Shown here: in pieces, positions 38,253 through 49,587 of the stretch
How the letters are laid out: each line of letters begins with the position of its first letter
Position numbering within the stretch: the first letter of the stretch is position 1
Assembly (NCBI GenBank): GCA_050745445.1
Contig: JBOGJN010000339.1
Span: 1 to 49,587, forward strand
DNA length: 49,587 nucleotides
Source: Thermoanaerobaculia bacterium
GTDB lineage: Bacteria > Acidobacteriota > Thermoanaerobaculia > UBA5066 > Gp7-AA6
Direction: 5' to 3'
Notes under the pieces: model-generated
The model's database searches: none
What the model was told of the DNA's origin: nothing
Seen by the model: the letters and a program-made list of their open reading frames with translations, nothing else
Made by a program: the position numbers and the translations under genes

Positions 38253-39100
38253 CCCGCAAGCAGGTTCTTGGAAAAGGGCTCGCGGCTCTCCTGCCGGGCA
38301 GGGAGGACGTTCCACGTGGAACCTTGGTCCGGGAGGTGGAAATCGAGCGCCTGGTGCCGGGCCGCTTCCAGCCTCGGCGGGACTTCTCCCCGGATGGAAT
38401 GGCGGAGCTTGTGGCCTCGATCCGTGAGCAGGGGATCGTGCAGCCGGTGCTGGTCGTGCCGCGGGGGGAGAAGTTCGAGATCGTAGCCGGAGAGCGGCGC
38501 TGGCGCGCCGCGGCCCAGGCCGGGCTTTCGCGCGTGCCGGTGGTGATTCGGGAAAAGCGCTCCGACAGGGAGCTCCTGGAGATCGCCTTGGTCGAGAATC
38601 TCCAGCGCGAGGACTTGAACCCGCTCGACGCCGCCGGCGCCTACGCCCGCTTGAGGGAGGAGTTTCACTTGACCCAGGAGGAGGTCGCCCGGCGGGTCGG
38701 GAAGGATCGGGCAACCGTGGCTAACAGCCTCCGACTCTTGAAGCTCCCGGTCTCCGTACGGGAGAAAGTCCGGGAGGGCTCAATCTCGGCCGGTCATGCT
38801 CGGGCGCTGCTCTCCCTTTCTTCCACCGATGATCAGGAGAGGCTGGCCGATGAAATCCTCCGGCGAGCCCTCTCCGTCCGCCAGACGGAAAAACGGGTGG
38901 CGGCCATCTGCACGGGCCCGAGAGTTACGCGTGAGCACCGGCGCGACCCCTTCACACGGGACGCGGAGGAGAAGCTTTCGCGCCGCCTGAGCGCGCGCGT
39001 GCACGTCGTCCGTCGGGGCCTCGGAGGTAGGATCGAGGTGTATTTTGGCTCCGAGGACGAATTGATCCGGCTCTACGAGCGTTTGAGCGGGAAGTCGTGA
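38249..39100 (+). CDS. parB: Chromosome partitioning protein ParB/Spo0J
   Basis: It contains GLAALL, IVQPVLV, ERRWRAA, ENLQREDLNP and the HTH LTQEEVARRVGKDRATVANSLRLLKLP. Confidence 0.95.
   Translation: MTRKQVLGKGLAALLPGREDVPRGTLVREVEIERLVPGRFQPRRDFSPDGMAELVASIREQGIVQPVLVVPRGEKFEIVAGERRWRAAAQAGLSRVPVVIREKRSDRELLEIALVENLQREDLNPLDAAGAYARLREEFHLTQEEVARRVGKDRATVANSLRLLKLPVSVREKVREGSISAGHARALLSLSSTDDQERLADEILRRALSVRQTEKRVAAICTGPRVTREHRRDPFTRDAEEKLSRRLSARVHVVRRGLGGRIEVYFGSEDELIRLYERLSGKS
38308..38323. promoter_or_regulatory. parS-like perfect palindrome (C)GTTCCACGTGGAAC(C) inside the parB 5' region
   Basis: It has a 14-bp perfect palindrome and matches the parS consensus at 13 of 16 positions. 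An intragenic parS in spo0J/parB is known from Bacillus. Confidence 0.6.
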
Positions 39101-39146
39101 CCGATCGTTTCTGGCGAGGATCAGGTTTCGCCGCAGGAGGTTCCCG

Positions 39147-39539
39147 ATGAAGATGAAATCGGATGGGGCCACGCTGAACGGGTTTATTGACGAGGGGAGC
39201 CACTTTCAGGGGGAGCTCTCCTTCGAGCAGACATTCCGCATTGACGGAAGATTCGAAGGCAAGATTCGGTCGGGCAGTGAGCTCATCGTCGGCGAGAAGG
39301 CGGAAGTCTCGGCCGACATCCAGGTCCGGCGGGTTTCGGTCAACGGCACCCTGAAGGGCTCCGTGCGCGCAAGCGAGCGGATCGAGCTCTTGCCTCGCGC
39401 CCGTGTCTCGGCCGATCTCTCGACCCCCATTCTGAAAGTTGAGGAGGGGGCCTATCTTGCGGGGTCTTGCCAGATGGCAGAGCGTCCGGCCTCAAATCTG
39501 GTGGAGCTACCGGCGCCCAGAACTAGCACAACTAATTGA
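39147..39539 (+). CDS. Bactofilin (DUF583) cytoskeletal protein
   Basis: 130 aa with an SD sequence GGAGG. The beta-helical repeat pattern is FEGKIRSGSELIVGEKAEVSADIQVRRVSVNGTLKGSVRASERIELLPRARVSADL. Confidence 0.85.
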   Translation: MKMKSDGATLNGFIDEGSHFQGELSFEQTFRIDGRFEGKIRSGSELIVGEKAEVSADIQVRRVSVNGTLKGSVRASERIELLPRARVSADLSTPILKVEEGAYLAGSCQMAERPASNLVELPAPRTSTTN

Positions 39540-39606
39540 TAGTAAACGACTTATAGTACGGTCGGTCGGTGCATCGGCGCACCCGCTCCCTTGCTGCGTT
39601 GCGCTC

Positions 39607-39627
39607 GACTCAGGACTCTCAACTGTG
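39607..39627 (+). repeat. Orphan right-arm copy of the GACTCTN heptad element
   Basis: GACTCAGGACTCTCAACTGTG compares with GACTCTGGACTCTCAACTTGTG at 34918-34939, differing by one substitution and one indel. I found no complementary arm nearby. Confidence 0.55.
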
Positions 39628-39704
39628 TTATTGATCCGCGGCTCCCGCGTCTTGAGGTCCTTGCACGGCTTCCGTGACCGTTTGGAGGTGATCACGGCCA
39701 TCCC

Positions 39705-40154
39705 TTGGTTTTACCGAACATGATCAAAGCTCCCGATGTCACTTTTCTCTACGTCGTCTTCGCCTTCCTGGTCGCGTACGCGATCCTGAGGAAGTACCTC
39801 TTTTCTCCCCTGGCCGGAATTCTCGAGCAGCGGGAGCTTGAAGAAAAGACTGCGGCCAAGGTCCACGCCGAGAGCCTGGAGGAACTGGCCAGAACCGTGT
39901 CTGGCGCCGAGCAGGCGCTCTCGGCCGCCCGCCGTGAGGCCCTGCGGCAGCGGGAGGCGCTTCGGGCCGAGGGGGGAGCCCACTTGGAGAAAAAGCTCGA
40001 GGATGCCCGAGCCGCCGCAGGCGTGGCGGTCGAGCGCGGCAGGAGCGAAATCGAGTCTCAGGCAGCCGGTTTGACCGCGCAACTGCCACAACGGGCTGTC
40101 GAGTTGGCCCGCGGTCTGGCCGAGAAGATCCTCGGGCGGAAGCTCGCGGCGTGA
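39705..40154 (+). CDS. F0F1 ATP synthase subunit b/b' paralog (first of two)
   Basis: A single N-terminal TM segment (VTFLYVVFAFLVAYAIL) is followed by a long charged/Ala-rich helix. The start is uncertain: TTG 39705 or ATG 39720. Confidence 0.8.
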   Translation: MVLPNMIKAPDVTFLYVVFAFLVAYAILRKYLFSPLAGILEQRELEEKTAAKVHAESLEELARTVSGAEQALSAARREALRQREALRAEGGAHLEKKLEDARAAAGVAVERGRSEIESQAAGLTAQLPQRAVELARGLAEKILGRKLAA

Positions 40155-40684
40155 GCCTGCTTGCCCCTTCGGCGCTGTTCGAGGCCGAGGGCGTCGCGGA
40201 CTTCCTGGGCATCCCGCTCTGGATCTGGCAGCTTGCCAACCTCGTCGCCTTCCTCGCGGTGCTCCTGCACTTTGTGGCGCGGCCGGTCGTCGAGGCCTTC
40301 CGCAAGCGTCAGCAGGACATCGCGGAGCGATTGCGTCAGGCGCAGGAGCGCCGGGCGCAAGCCGCCCGTCTTGAGACCCAGATCCACGAGCGCCTGGCGC
40401 GCGTGGACCGGGAGCTAGAAGAAATCCGCGCCCGGGGCGTCGCCGAGGGTGAGGCGGCGCGCGCAAGCCTTCTGGAAAGAGCGGACCAGGAGTCCGAGCG
40501 TGTGCGCCGCGAGGCCGAGCAGGAGATCGAGCGGCGACTGGCGGCGGCTAAGGCACAACTGCGCCAGGCCGCGGCGGATCTGACCAGCTCGGCCGCTCGC
40601 CAGCTTCTGGCGGGCGAGATGACCGAGGAGGACCGCCGGCGGCTCTTTGAGGAAAGCCTCCGGCAGCTGGCGGAGCGAGCATGA
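40151..40684 (+). CDS. atpF: F0F1 ATP synthase subunit b
   Basis: An N-terminal TM segment (LWIWQLANLVAFLAVLL) is followed by a coiled-coil rich in E/R/A. It overlaps both neighbouring genes by 4 nt. Confidence 0.85.
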   Translation: MSLLAPSALFEAEGVADFLGIPLWIWQLANLVAFLAVLLHFVARPVVEAFRKRQQDIAERLRQAQERRAQAARLETQIHERLARVDRELEEIRARGVAEGEAARASLLERADQESERVRREAEQEIERRLAAAKAQLRQAAADLTSSAARQLLAGEMTEEDRRRLFEESLRQLAERA

Positions 40685-41226
40685 CGCCCCTGGCCCGGCG
40701 TTATGCCGGTGCTTTTCTGCAGACGGCGCCTCCGGGCTTCGATGTGGAGGGGTTCCTAGAGGAGGCGCGGGCGGTCGCTCAAGCCCTTTCGGCAGATACG
40801 CGGCTACGGGCTTTCTTTGGCGTGCCCGCCGTGCCGCTGGAGGCCAAGCGCAAGGTGCTCGCGGCGCTTGTGCGGCGCGCCGGGCTCGCGGCGTTTGGCC
40901 ATCGCTTCTTCGAGGTCGTCCTCGGCAACCGCCGCCTCCTGCAAGTCGCGGAGATTCTGTCGGGTCTCCGAGAGGAATACGACCGCAAACGCGGCGTCGT
41001 CGCGGGGCGCGTCACGGTGGCCTCGAAACTGGGCCCCGCGCAGCAGAAGCGGATCGCGGAGGTCCTCTCCCGCGTGGCGGGCCGGCGCGTGCGTTTGCAA
41101 GTGGACGTCGATCCAAAGATTCTTGCCGGGTTCGTGGCGCGCATCGGCGGTGAGGTGTTCGATGCCTCCGCGGCGCACGCCGTCGAGCGCTTCCGGGAAC
41201 AGGTCACCGAGACCGCGAAGGCTTAG
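40681..41226 (+). CDS. atpH: F0F1 ATP synthase subunit delta (OSCP)
   Basis: 181 aa beginning ARRYAGAFL, with a C-terminal [16 protein letters not shown] typical of OSCP/delta. It sits between the b and alpha genes. Confidence 0.88.
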   Translation: MTPLARRYAGAFLQTAPPGFDVEGFLEEARAVAQALSADTRLRAFFGVPAVPLEAKRKVLAALVRRAGLAAFGHRFFEVVLGNRRLLQVAEILSGLREEYDRKRGVVAGRVTVASKLGPAQQKRIAEVLSRVAGRRVRLQVDVDPKILAGFVARIGGEVFDASAAHAVERFREQVTETAKA

Positions 41227-41228
41227 AG

Positions 41229-42761
<1,533 letters not shown>

Positions 42762-42763
42762 CG

Positions 42764-42798
42764 GAAATTCGAAATTCGAAATTCGAAATTCGAATTTG
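42764..42798. repeat. Heptad repeat (GAAATTC)x4 plus GAATTTG between atpA and atpG
   Basis: It starts 3 nt after the atpA stop and ends 5 nt before the atpG ATG. It uses the same unit as 33451-33486, and the 3' end forms the palindrome AAATTCGAATTT. Confidence 0.9.
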
Positions 42799-42803
42799 AG
42801 TTC

Positions 42804-45129
<2,326 letters not shown>

Positions 45130-45142
45130 GCAGGCAAGCGCC

Positions 45143-45937
45143 ATGGATCTGAGGATCGCGGGCCGCGTGGCCATGGTCGCAGCCTCGAGCAAAGGCATCG
45201 GCAAGGCCGTTGCGCTCTCGCTGGCCCGTCAGGGCTGCCGCGTCTCGATCTGCGGCAGAACCGCCGAACCCCTCCAACGGGCCTGGAGGGAGATCGCCGC
45301 GGCGGTGCCCCAAGGCGAACTGCTCGCCTCCCCCTGCGACGTGGCGAAACTGGAGGATCTGGAGGCCTGGCACCGTGCCACGGTCGAGCAGTGGGGACCG
45401 GTGGACATCCTGGTGACGAACACGGGAGGGCCTCCGGCCGCGCGGTTTCTCGATCTGACCGAAGACCAGTGGAGAGAGGGCATCGACTCGACTCTCTTGA
45501 ACGTCGTGCGTCTCTGCCGGCTCGTGCTGCCGTCGATGCGGGAGCGCCGGTGGGGCAGGATCGTCCACTTAACCTCGCTGGCCGCAAAGCAGCCGATCGA
45601 TCTCTTGACCGTCTCCTCGACGCTGCGGGCCGGCCTCTCGGCTCTGACCAAGACCATGTCGAACCAATTCGCGGGCGACGGCGTCCTGGTCAACGCCGTG
45701 CTTCCTGGTCATGTCCTGACGGACCGGCAGACGCACTTGAATGAGATCCGGTCGAGGGAGGAAGGGATTTCGGTCGAAGAGTACGCGGCGAGAGTCCAGA
45801 AGTCCGTGCCGCTCGGCCGCTACGCACAGCCCGAGGAAATCGGCGATGTCGTGGCCTTTCTTTGCAGCGAGCGGGCCAGCTACTTGACAGGCGCCTCCCT
45901 TGCGGTAGACGGCGGCGTCATTCAGAGCACGTTTTAG
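45143..45937 (+). CDS. SDR-family oxidoreductase of the BKR-like 'AASSxGIG' subgroup, inserted between atpD and atpC
   Basis: It contains [38 protein letters not shown] and NAVLPG. The usual YxxxK position appears to read S-T-L-R by my alignment. ATG 45143 is 14 nt after the atpD stop. Confidence 0.85.
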   Translation: MDLRIAGRVAMVAASSKGIGKAVALSLARQGCRVSICGRTAEPLQRAWREIAAAVPQGELLASPCDVAKLEDLEAWHRATVEQWGPVDILVTNTGGPPAARFLDLTEDQWREGIDSTLLNVVRLCRLVLPSMRERRWGRIVHLTSLAAKQPIDLLTVSSTLRAGLSALTKTMSNQFAGDGVLVNAVLPGHVLTDRQTHLNEIRSREEGISVEEYAARVQKSVPLGRYAQPEEIGDVVAFLCSERASYLTGASLAVDGGVIQSTF

Positions 45938-46041
45938 ACGAGGACGTAGGTGGTAGGACGTAGGTGGTAGGACGTAGGACCTAGGAGGTAGGACGAAGTC
46001 TTTTTCCTTTTCTCCTACGTCCTTCGTCCTACGTCCTCTTC
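45938..46041. repeat. Heptad-periodic stem-loop (GGACGTA/GGTGGTA-type) between the SDR gene and atpC
   Basis: Eight left-arm heptads (GGACGTA GGTGGTA GGACGTA GGTGGTA GGACGTA GGACCTA GGAGGTA GGACGAA; 45942-45997) are followed by a T-rich loop and the right arm CCTACGT CCTTCGT CCTACGT CC. The 23-mer at 45946-45968 is identical to 17633-17655. Confidence 0.88.
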
Positions 46042-46049
46042 CAGCTAGG

Positions 46050-46460
46050 ATGGCCCTTATGAAGTTGAAGCTCGTCGTGGTGACTCCCGAGAAGAAGGTG
46101 GTGGAGACGGAGGCCGACTCCGTCGAGCTGCCCGGAGAGCTCGGTTATGTCGGGGTCCTGCCGGGACACGCGCCACTCATCACGCTCTTGAAGACGGGAG
46201 TCCTGTCTTACAGGCACGGCGCGGAGGCAGAGGCCTTCGCCCTCTCCTCGGGGTTTGCCGAGGTTTCCGGCGATCGGGTCTCTGTCCTCGCGGATCTGGC
46301 GGAAGGCCGCGGCCAGATCGACGTTGCCAGAGCCGAGGTGGACCGGTCCAGCGCGGAGGAGGCTTTAAAGACGGCCTCCCGCGAGTCGGTCGAAGACTTG
46401 CGCGCGCAGCTTGCCCTTGCAGAGGCGCGCCTCTCCGTGGCGCGGCGGGCTCGGGCGTAG
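46050..46460 (+). CDS. atpC: F0F1 ATP synthase subunit epsilon
   Basis: 136 aa with LKLVVVTPEKKVVETEADSVELPGELGYVGVLPGHAPLITLLKTGVL. Confidence 0.93.
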   Translation: MALMKLKLVVVTPEKKVVETEADSVELPGELGYVGVLPGHAPLITLLKTGVLSYRHGAEAEAFALSSGFAEVSGDRVSVLADLAEGRGQIDVARAEVDRSSAEEALKTASRESVEDLRAQLALAEARLSVARRARA

Positions 46461-46520
46461 GCGGGCTGCCCGGCCGCGGAGCCTGCCTCCCGAAAGACGC
46501 CGACACAGAGATCCGCGCCG

Positions 46521-47306
46521 ATGAGGTCTCCTGAACCCGTGATCTCTGCCGAGCACAACGCCGGGCAGGGTCCGCGCACGGTCGAGCGGCACTTCCTGCA
46601 GGGGCCACGTCCGCGAAAGAGCGAACTCCTGTCCGCCCTGAAGTTCCTGGCGGAGTTCGTCAAGGGGTTTCGTGCGCTTCACTTCGTCGGTCCTTGTGTG
46701 ACGGTTTTCGGGTCCGCGCGTTTCCTGGAGGGCCATGCTTACTATGCGCTGGCCCGGGCCGTGGGAGGGCGCCTGGCGCGGATGGGCTTCACGGTCATGA
46801 CGGGCGGCGGGCCCGGCCTGATGGAGGCGGCCAACCGCGGCGCCAAGGAGGCCGGCGGCCGCTCGGTCGGATGCAACATCGTGCTGCCGACCGAACAGAA
46901 GTTGAATCCGTACCTCGACCGCTCGGTGACCTTTCAGCACTTCTTCGTGCGCAAGGTCATGCTCGTCAAGTACTCCTACGCCTTCGTCGTCCTGCCCGGG
47001 GGTCTGGGCACGATGGACGAGCTCTTCGAGGCGCTGACCCTCATCCAGACGAGAAAGATCGAGAGCTTTCCGGTCGTCTTGATCGCGAAGGACTACTGGC
47101 GCCCGCTCCAGAACCTCTTAAACGAGATGGTCCGGGTCGGCACGATCGACGCCGGGGACCTGGACCTGCTTCTCTTCACCGACTCGGTCGATGAAGCCAT
47201 GGCGCTCATTCAGAAGTACGCCGTCGATCAGTTCGGTCTCGTTCGGAAGAAGTTGCCCCGGCGCTTACGGATCCTGGGCGAGAAGCTGCTCAGAGCCGGG
47301 CGGTAA
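46521..47306 (+). CDS. LOG-family (TIGR00730) nucleotide phosphoribohydrolase
   Basis: It contains VTVFGSAR, GGGPGLMEAANRGA and the PGGLGTMDELFE motifs. Confidence 0.88.
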   Translation: MRSPEPVISAEHNAGQGPRTVERHFLQGPRPRKSELLSALKFLAEFVKGFRALHFVGPCVTVFGSARFLEGHAYYALARAVGGRLARMGFTVMTGGGPGLMEAANRGAKEAGGRSVGCNIVLPTEQKLNPYLDRSVTFQHFFVRKVMLVKYSYAFVVLPGGLGTMDELFEALTLIQTRKIESFPVVLIAKDYWRPLQNLLNEMVRVGTIDAGDLDLLLFTDSVDEAMALIQKYAVDQFGLVRKKLPRRLRILGEKLLRAGR

Positions 47307-47346
47307 GCCGGTGCGCCTGGCTGGTCTGCGGTCTGAAGAAGCGGGG

Positions 47347-47745
47347 TTACTCCGCCCAGTCCTCGACGGTCAGGCCAGCGACCCGGGAGAACTCCCGCAC
47401 ATTATGGGTCACGACCGTCAGTCGGCGGGACCGCGCGATCGAGGCGATCAGCGGATCGCGTTCACCGATGGGGCGACCGGCCCGCTCCAGTTGGAGCCGG
47501 GTATCGGCGTAGGCGGCTGCCGCGTCTTGGTCGAAGGGTAGGATCTCAAATGGCCGCAGGAAGGCAGCGACGCTCGCGCGCGTGTGCTCCGGACGGCTGC
47601 TCTTGGCAGCACCGAAGAGGAGTTCCGCCAGAGTGATTGAACTGACGCCCAGATCGTCCGGGGATAGCCGCTCGAGCTGGGTCCTGACAGCCGGCCACCG
47701 CTTGATCGCAAAGACGCAGGTGTCGGTGTCGAGGAGAAACCTCAC
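47347..47745 (-). CDS. vapC: Type II toxin VapC (PIN-domain ribonuclease)
   Basis: 132 aa with [12 protein letters not shown] (first acidic residue), ITLAELLFG and VVTHNVREF. The GTG start overlaps the vapB stop as GTGA. Confidence 0.88.
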   Translation of the reverse strand: MRFLLDTDTCVFAIKRWPAVRTQLERLSPDDLGVSSITLAELLFGAAKSSRPEHTRASVAAFLRPFEILPFDQDAAAAYADTRLQLERAGRPIGERDPLIASIARSRRLTVVTHNVREFSRVAGLTVEDWAE

Positions 47746-47984
47746 GCTTCGTCGAAGTCGATCGAGATGCGGGCGGAGGGCAACGGCGGTGGCGCCGCGA
47801 AATCGGCGGGCACGCGACCCCAGCTCTTCCAGTAGCCCTTGGGCCAGCTGCGCCGCTTCTTGGGCTCTAGGATCACGTGCTTGCCATCGCGGCGGATGAT
47901 GACCTCGTCGCCCTCGAACCGAAACTCCTTGGGAAGACGAACCGCCTGGCTTCTGCCGTTCCGGAAGATCTTCGCCGTAGTCAT
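47742..47984 (-). CDS. vapB: Type II antitoxin VapB (AbrB/SpoVT-fold)
   Basis: It contains [42 protein letters not shown] prefer ATG 47984. The track uses GTG 47996. Confidence 0.85.
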   Translation of the reverse strand: MTTAKIFRNGRSQAVRLPKEFRFEGDEVIIRRDGKHVILEPKKRRSWPKGYWKSWGRVPADFAAPPPLPSARISIDFDEA

Positions 47985-48004
47985 GATATATACCACTATA
48001 TATC
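47985..48004. promoter_or_regulatory. AT-rich inverted repeat GATATATA-CCAC-TATATATC abutting the vapB start (candidate operator / -10 region)
   Basis: It has perfect 8-bp arms and lies between the D-aminoacylase stop (48008) and the vapB ATG. It is the only strongly AT-rich stretch in this neighbourhood. Confidence 0.4.
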
Positions 48005-48007
48005 AGT

Positions 48008-49587
48008 CTACGGCCGGTAGCCCGGGCCGCGCAGCGGCTTGCCCGGTTTCGCGCCGGTCAGCTTCCCGCCGTCGACGACGAGGACGCCGTTGACGGCGAC
48101 ATAGGGGATTCCTTCGCTGTACTGGTTCGGCTTCTCGAAAGTGGCGCGTGCATTCACCGTCTGCGGATCGAAGAGCGTCAGGTCCGCCCAGAAGCCGACC
48201 TTGACGAGCCCCCGGTCCGGGATGCCCGCCGCTTCGGCGGCGAAGGAGGTCATCTTGCGGACGGCTTCCTCCAGGCGCAGCACCTTCTCCTCGCGCACGT
48301 AGTAGCCGAGGATGCGAGCCGCGGAGCCCCAGCCTCGGGGGTGAGAGGTCTCCTTCGAAAAGGGCCCGTCGGTTGCCTTGGCCTGCGAATCGCAGTCGAA
48401 GGAAACGAGCGGGTGAGCGAGAGCCGTCCGCACGTCCTTCTCGTCCATGATCGCGATGATGCAGGAGGCCGCGGCCCGATCGGCCAGCACGATGTCGATG
48501 ACGACATCGCGGGGGTCCTTCTTCTCGGCCGTAGCGATCTGCGCCACGGTCTTCCCTTCGTAGGGCTTGAGCTTTTCCGAGAGCACCTCGGCGACCATGA
48601 CGCCTTCGGCGCCGCCCGCTCCCATCCACTGGTTCTCCCATTCCCTGGTCTCCCGCGCCATGTCCTCTTTGACGCGGGCTCGCGTGGCCGGATCGGTCAG
48701 ACGCTTCAAGAGCGCCTCCCGGCCCCCCTCCCGCACCCAGGGTGGCAGACAGGCGTCGACGCCGTTGGAGGCGCGGTTCCAGGGGTACTGGTTGGCGGCC
48801 ACGTCGATGCCGGCGGCGCGCGCGTCCTCGATCTTCTTCAGGATCTCGGGCATGCGCCCGAAGTTCGGCTCATAGGCGGTCTTCAGGTGCCAGATCTGCG
48901 TGCGGATGCCCGCCTCCTTCGCGATCCGGAAGACCTCGTCCATCGAGGCGTCGATGCGGTTGGACTCCGAGCGCTGGTGGGTGAAATAAGCCCCGCCGTA
49001 GCGCGCGGCGACCCTGGCGAGTGCGATCAGCTCCTCCGTCGAGGAGTAGATGTTCGGGATGTACTGTAAGGAGGAAGAGACGCCGAGCGCCCCTTCGCGC
49101 ATCGCCTGGTCGACCAGCGCCTCCATCCGCGCGAGCTCTTCGGCAGAGGCCGGCCGGTTCTCCCGGCCGATGACCATGGCGCGCAGGCCCCCCGAGCCGA
49201 CGAAGGTTCCGAGGTTGATCCCGATGCCCCGTCGCTCGAGTGTCTGGAAGTAGCCCTCCAGCGTCTTCCAGTCCGGGAAGACGCCGTACTTCTGGTAGAT
49301 GTCACGGTTCTCCGCGATCATCTTCTCGTCGATCGGCGCGATCGACTCTCCTTCGCCCGTGATCTCCGTCGTGATCCCCTGCGTGACCTTGGAGGCCGCG
49401 CGCGGATCGACCAGCACGTTGTATTCCGACTGGCCCAAGAGATCGATGAAACCCGGCGCCACGATGAGCCCCCGCGCGTCGATTCGGCGCTTCGCGGGTC
49501 GGCCGGCGAGAGAACCAACGGCGACGATGCGGCCATCCCGCACGGCGACGTCGGCGAGGAACCACGGAGCGCCTGTGCCGTCCACGA
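48008..49587 (-). CDS. N-acyl-D-amino-acid deacylase (D-aminoacylase, amidohydrolase superfamily), N-terminus beyond the window
   Basis: At least 525 aa, with DVAVRDGRIVAVG...IDARGLIVAPGFIDLLGQSE and a C-terminal VAVNGVLVVDGGKLTG. The ORF is open to the right window edge. Confidence 0.88.
   Translation of the reverse strand, partial: VDGTGAPWFLADVAVRDGRIVAVGSLAGRPAKRRIDARGLIVAPGFIDLLGQSEYNVLVDPRAASKVTQGITTEITGEGESIAPIDEKMIAENRDIYQKYGVFPDWKTLEGYFQTLERRGIGINLGTFVGSGGLRAMVIGRENRPASAEELARMEALVDQAMREGALGVSSSLQYIPNIYSSTEELIALARVAARYGGAYFTHQRSESNRIDASMDEVFRIAKEAGIRTQIWHLKTAYEPNFGRMPEILKKIEDARAAGIDVAANQYPWNRASNGVDACLPPWVREGGREALLKRLTDPATRARVKEDMARETREWENQWMGAGGAEGVMVAEVLSEKLKPYEGKTVAQIATAEKKDPRDVVIDIVLADRAAASCIIAIMDEKDVRTALAHPLVSFDCDSQAKATDGPFSKETSHPRGWGSAARILGYYVREEKVLRLEEAVRKMTSFAAEAAGIPDRGLVKVGFWADLTLFDPQTVNARATFEKPNQYSEGIPYVAVNGVLVVDGGKLTGAKPGKPLRGPGYRP

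Noticed and set aside
39540-39704. A possible small atpI/atpZ-like ORF or riboswitch in the 165-nt leader of the atp operon.
   Set aside because: There is no ORF with a hydrophobic product and no recognisable riboswitch core. The only notable content is the orphan heptad half-element and a weak GGTGC-loop-GCACC stem.

Overview
This is a high-GC (about two-thirds G+C by eye) chromosomal replication-origin region of a diderm bacterium. The gene content looks Acidobacteriota-like, but that taxon guess is low confidence. Gene orientation diverges at about 30.2 kb. dnaA-dnaN-recF-gyrB-gyrA run leftward. rpmH-rnpA-yidD-yidC-jag-mnmE-mnmG-rsmG-parA-parB-bactofilin run rightward, followed by an F1Fo ATP synthase operon (b', b, delta, alpha, gamma, beta, an inserted SDR gene, epsilon). 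Left of gyrA lie a catalytically degenerate transaldolase-fold gene coupled to a DUF507-like gene, a pdxR-pdxS-pdxT-enoyl-CoA hydratase-NAT-like operon, a small plus-strand accessory block (MBL hydrolase, Tat-exported FAD oxidase, two membrane proteins), a three-gene envelope module ending in a 977-aa HExxH/PD40/Omp85 fusion protein, and dprA-topA-(DUF3052-like)-trmFO, a threonine dehydratase and a partial SCO1-like gene. The right end holds a LOG-family gene, vapBC and a partial D-aminoacylase. I found no rRNA, tRNA, CRISPR array, transposase or integrase. Regulatory sites visible by eye are DnaA boxes on both sides of dnaA, two parS sites flanking parA, a pdxR promoter with direct-repeat operator, and several TAGAATC -10-like boxes placed 6-10 nt from start codons. 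The most unusual signal is not a protein system. It is a set of AT-enriched stem-loops whose arms are tandem 7-nt units and which fill co-directional gene junctions, some inside operons. Where the arms are imperfect, the G:U wobble pairs fall on the transcribed strand. Most of the window is ordinary core genome. Many long track ORFs are antisense or out-of-frame shadows typical of high-GC DNA. The track also translates alternative start codons (GTG, TTG) as M, and several of its N-termini are over-extended.
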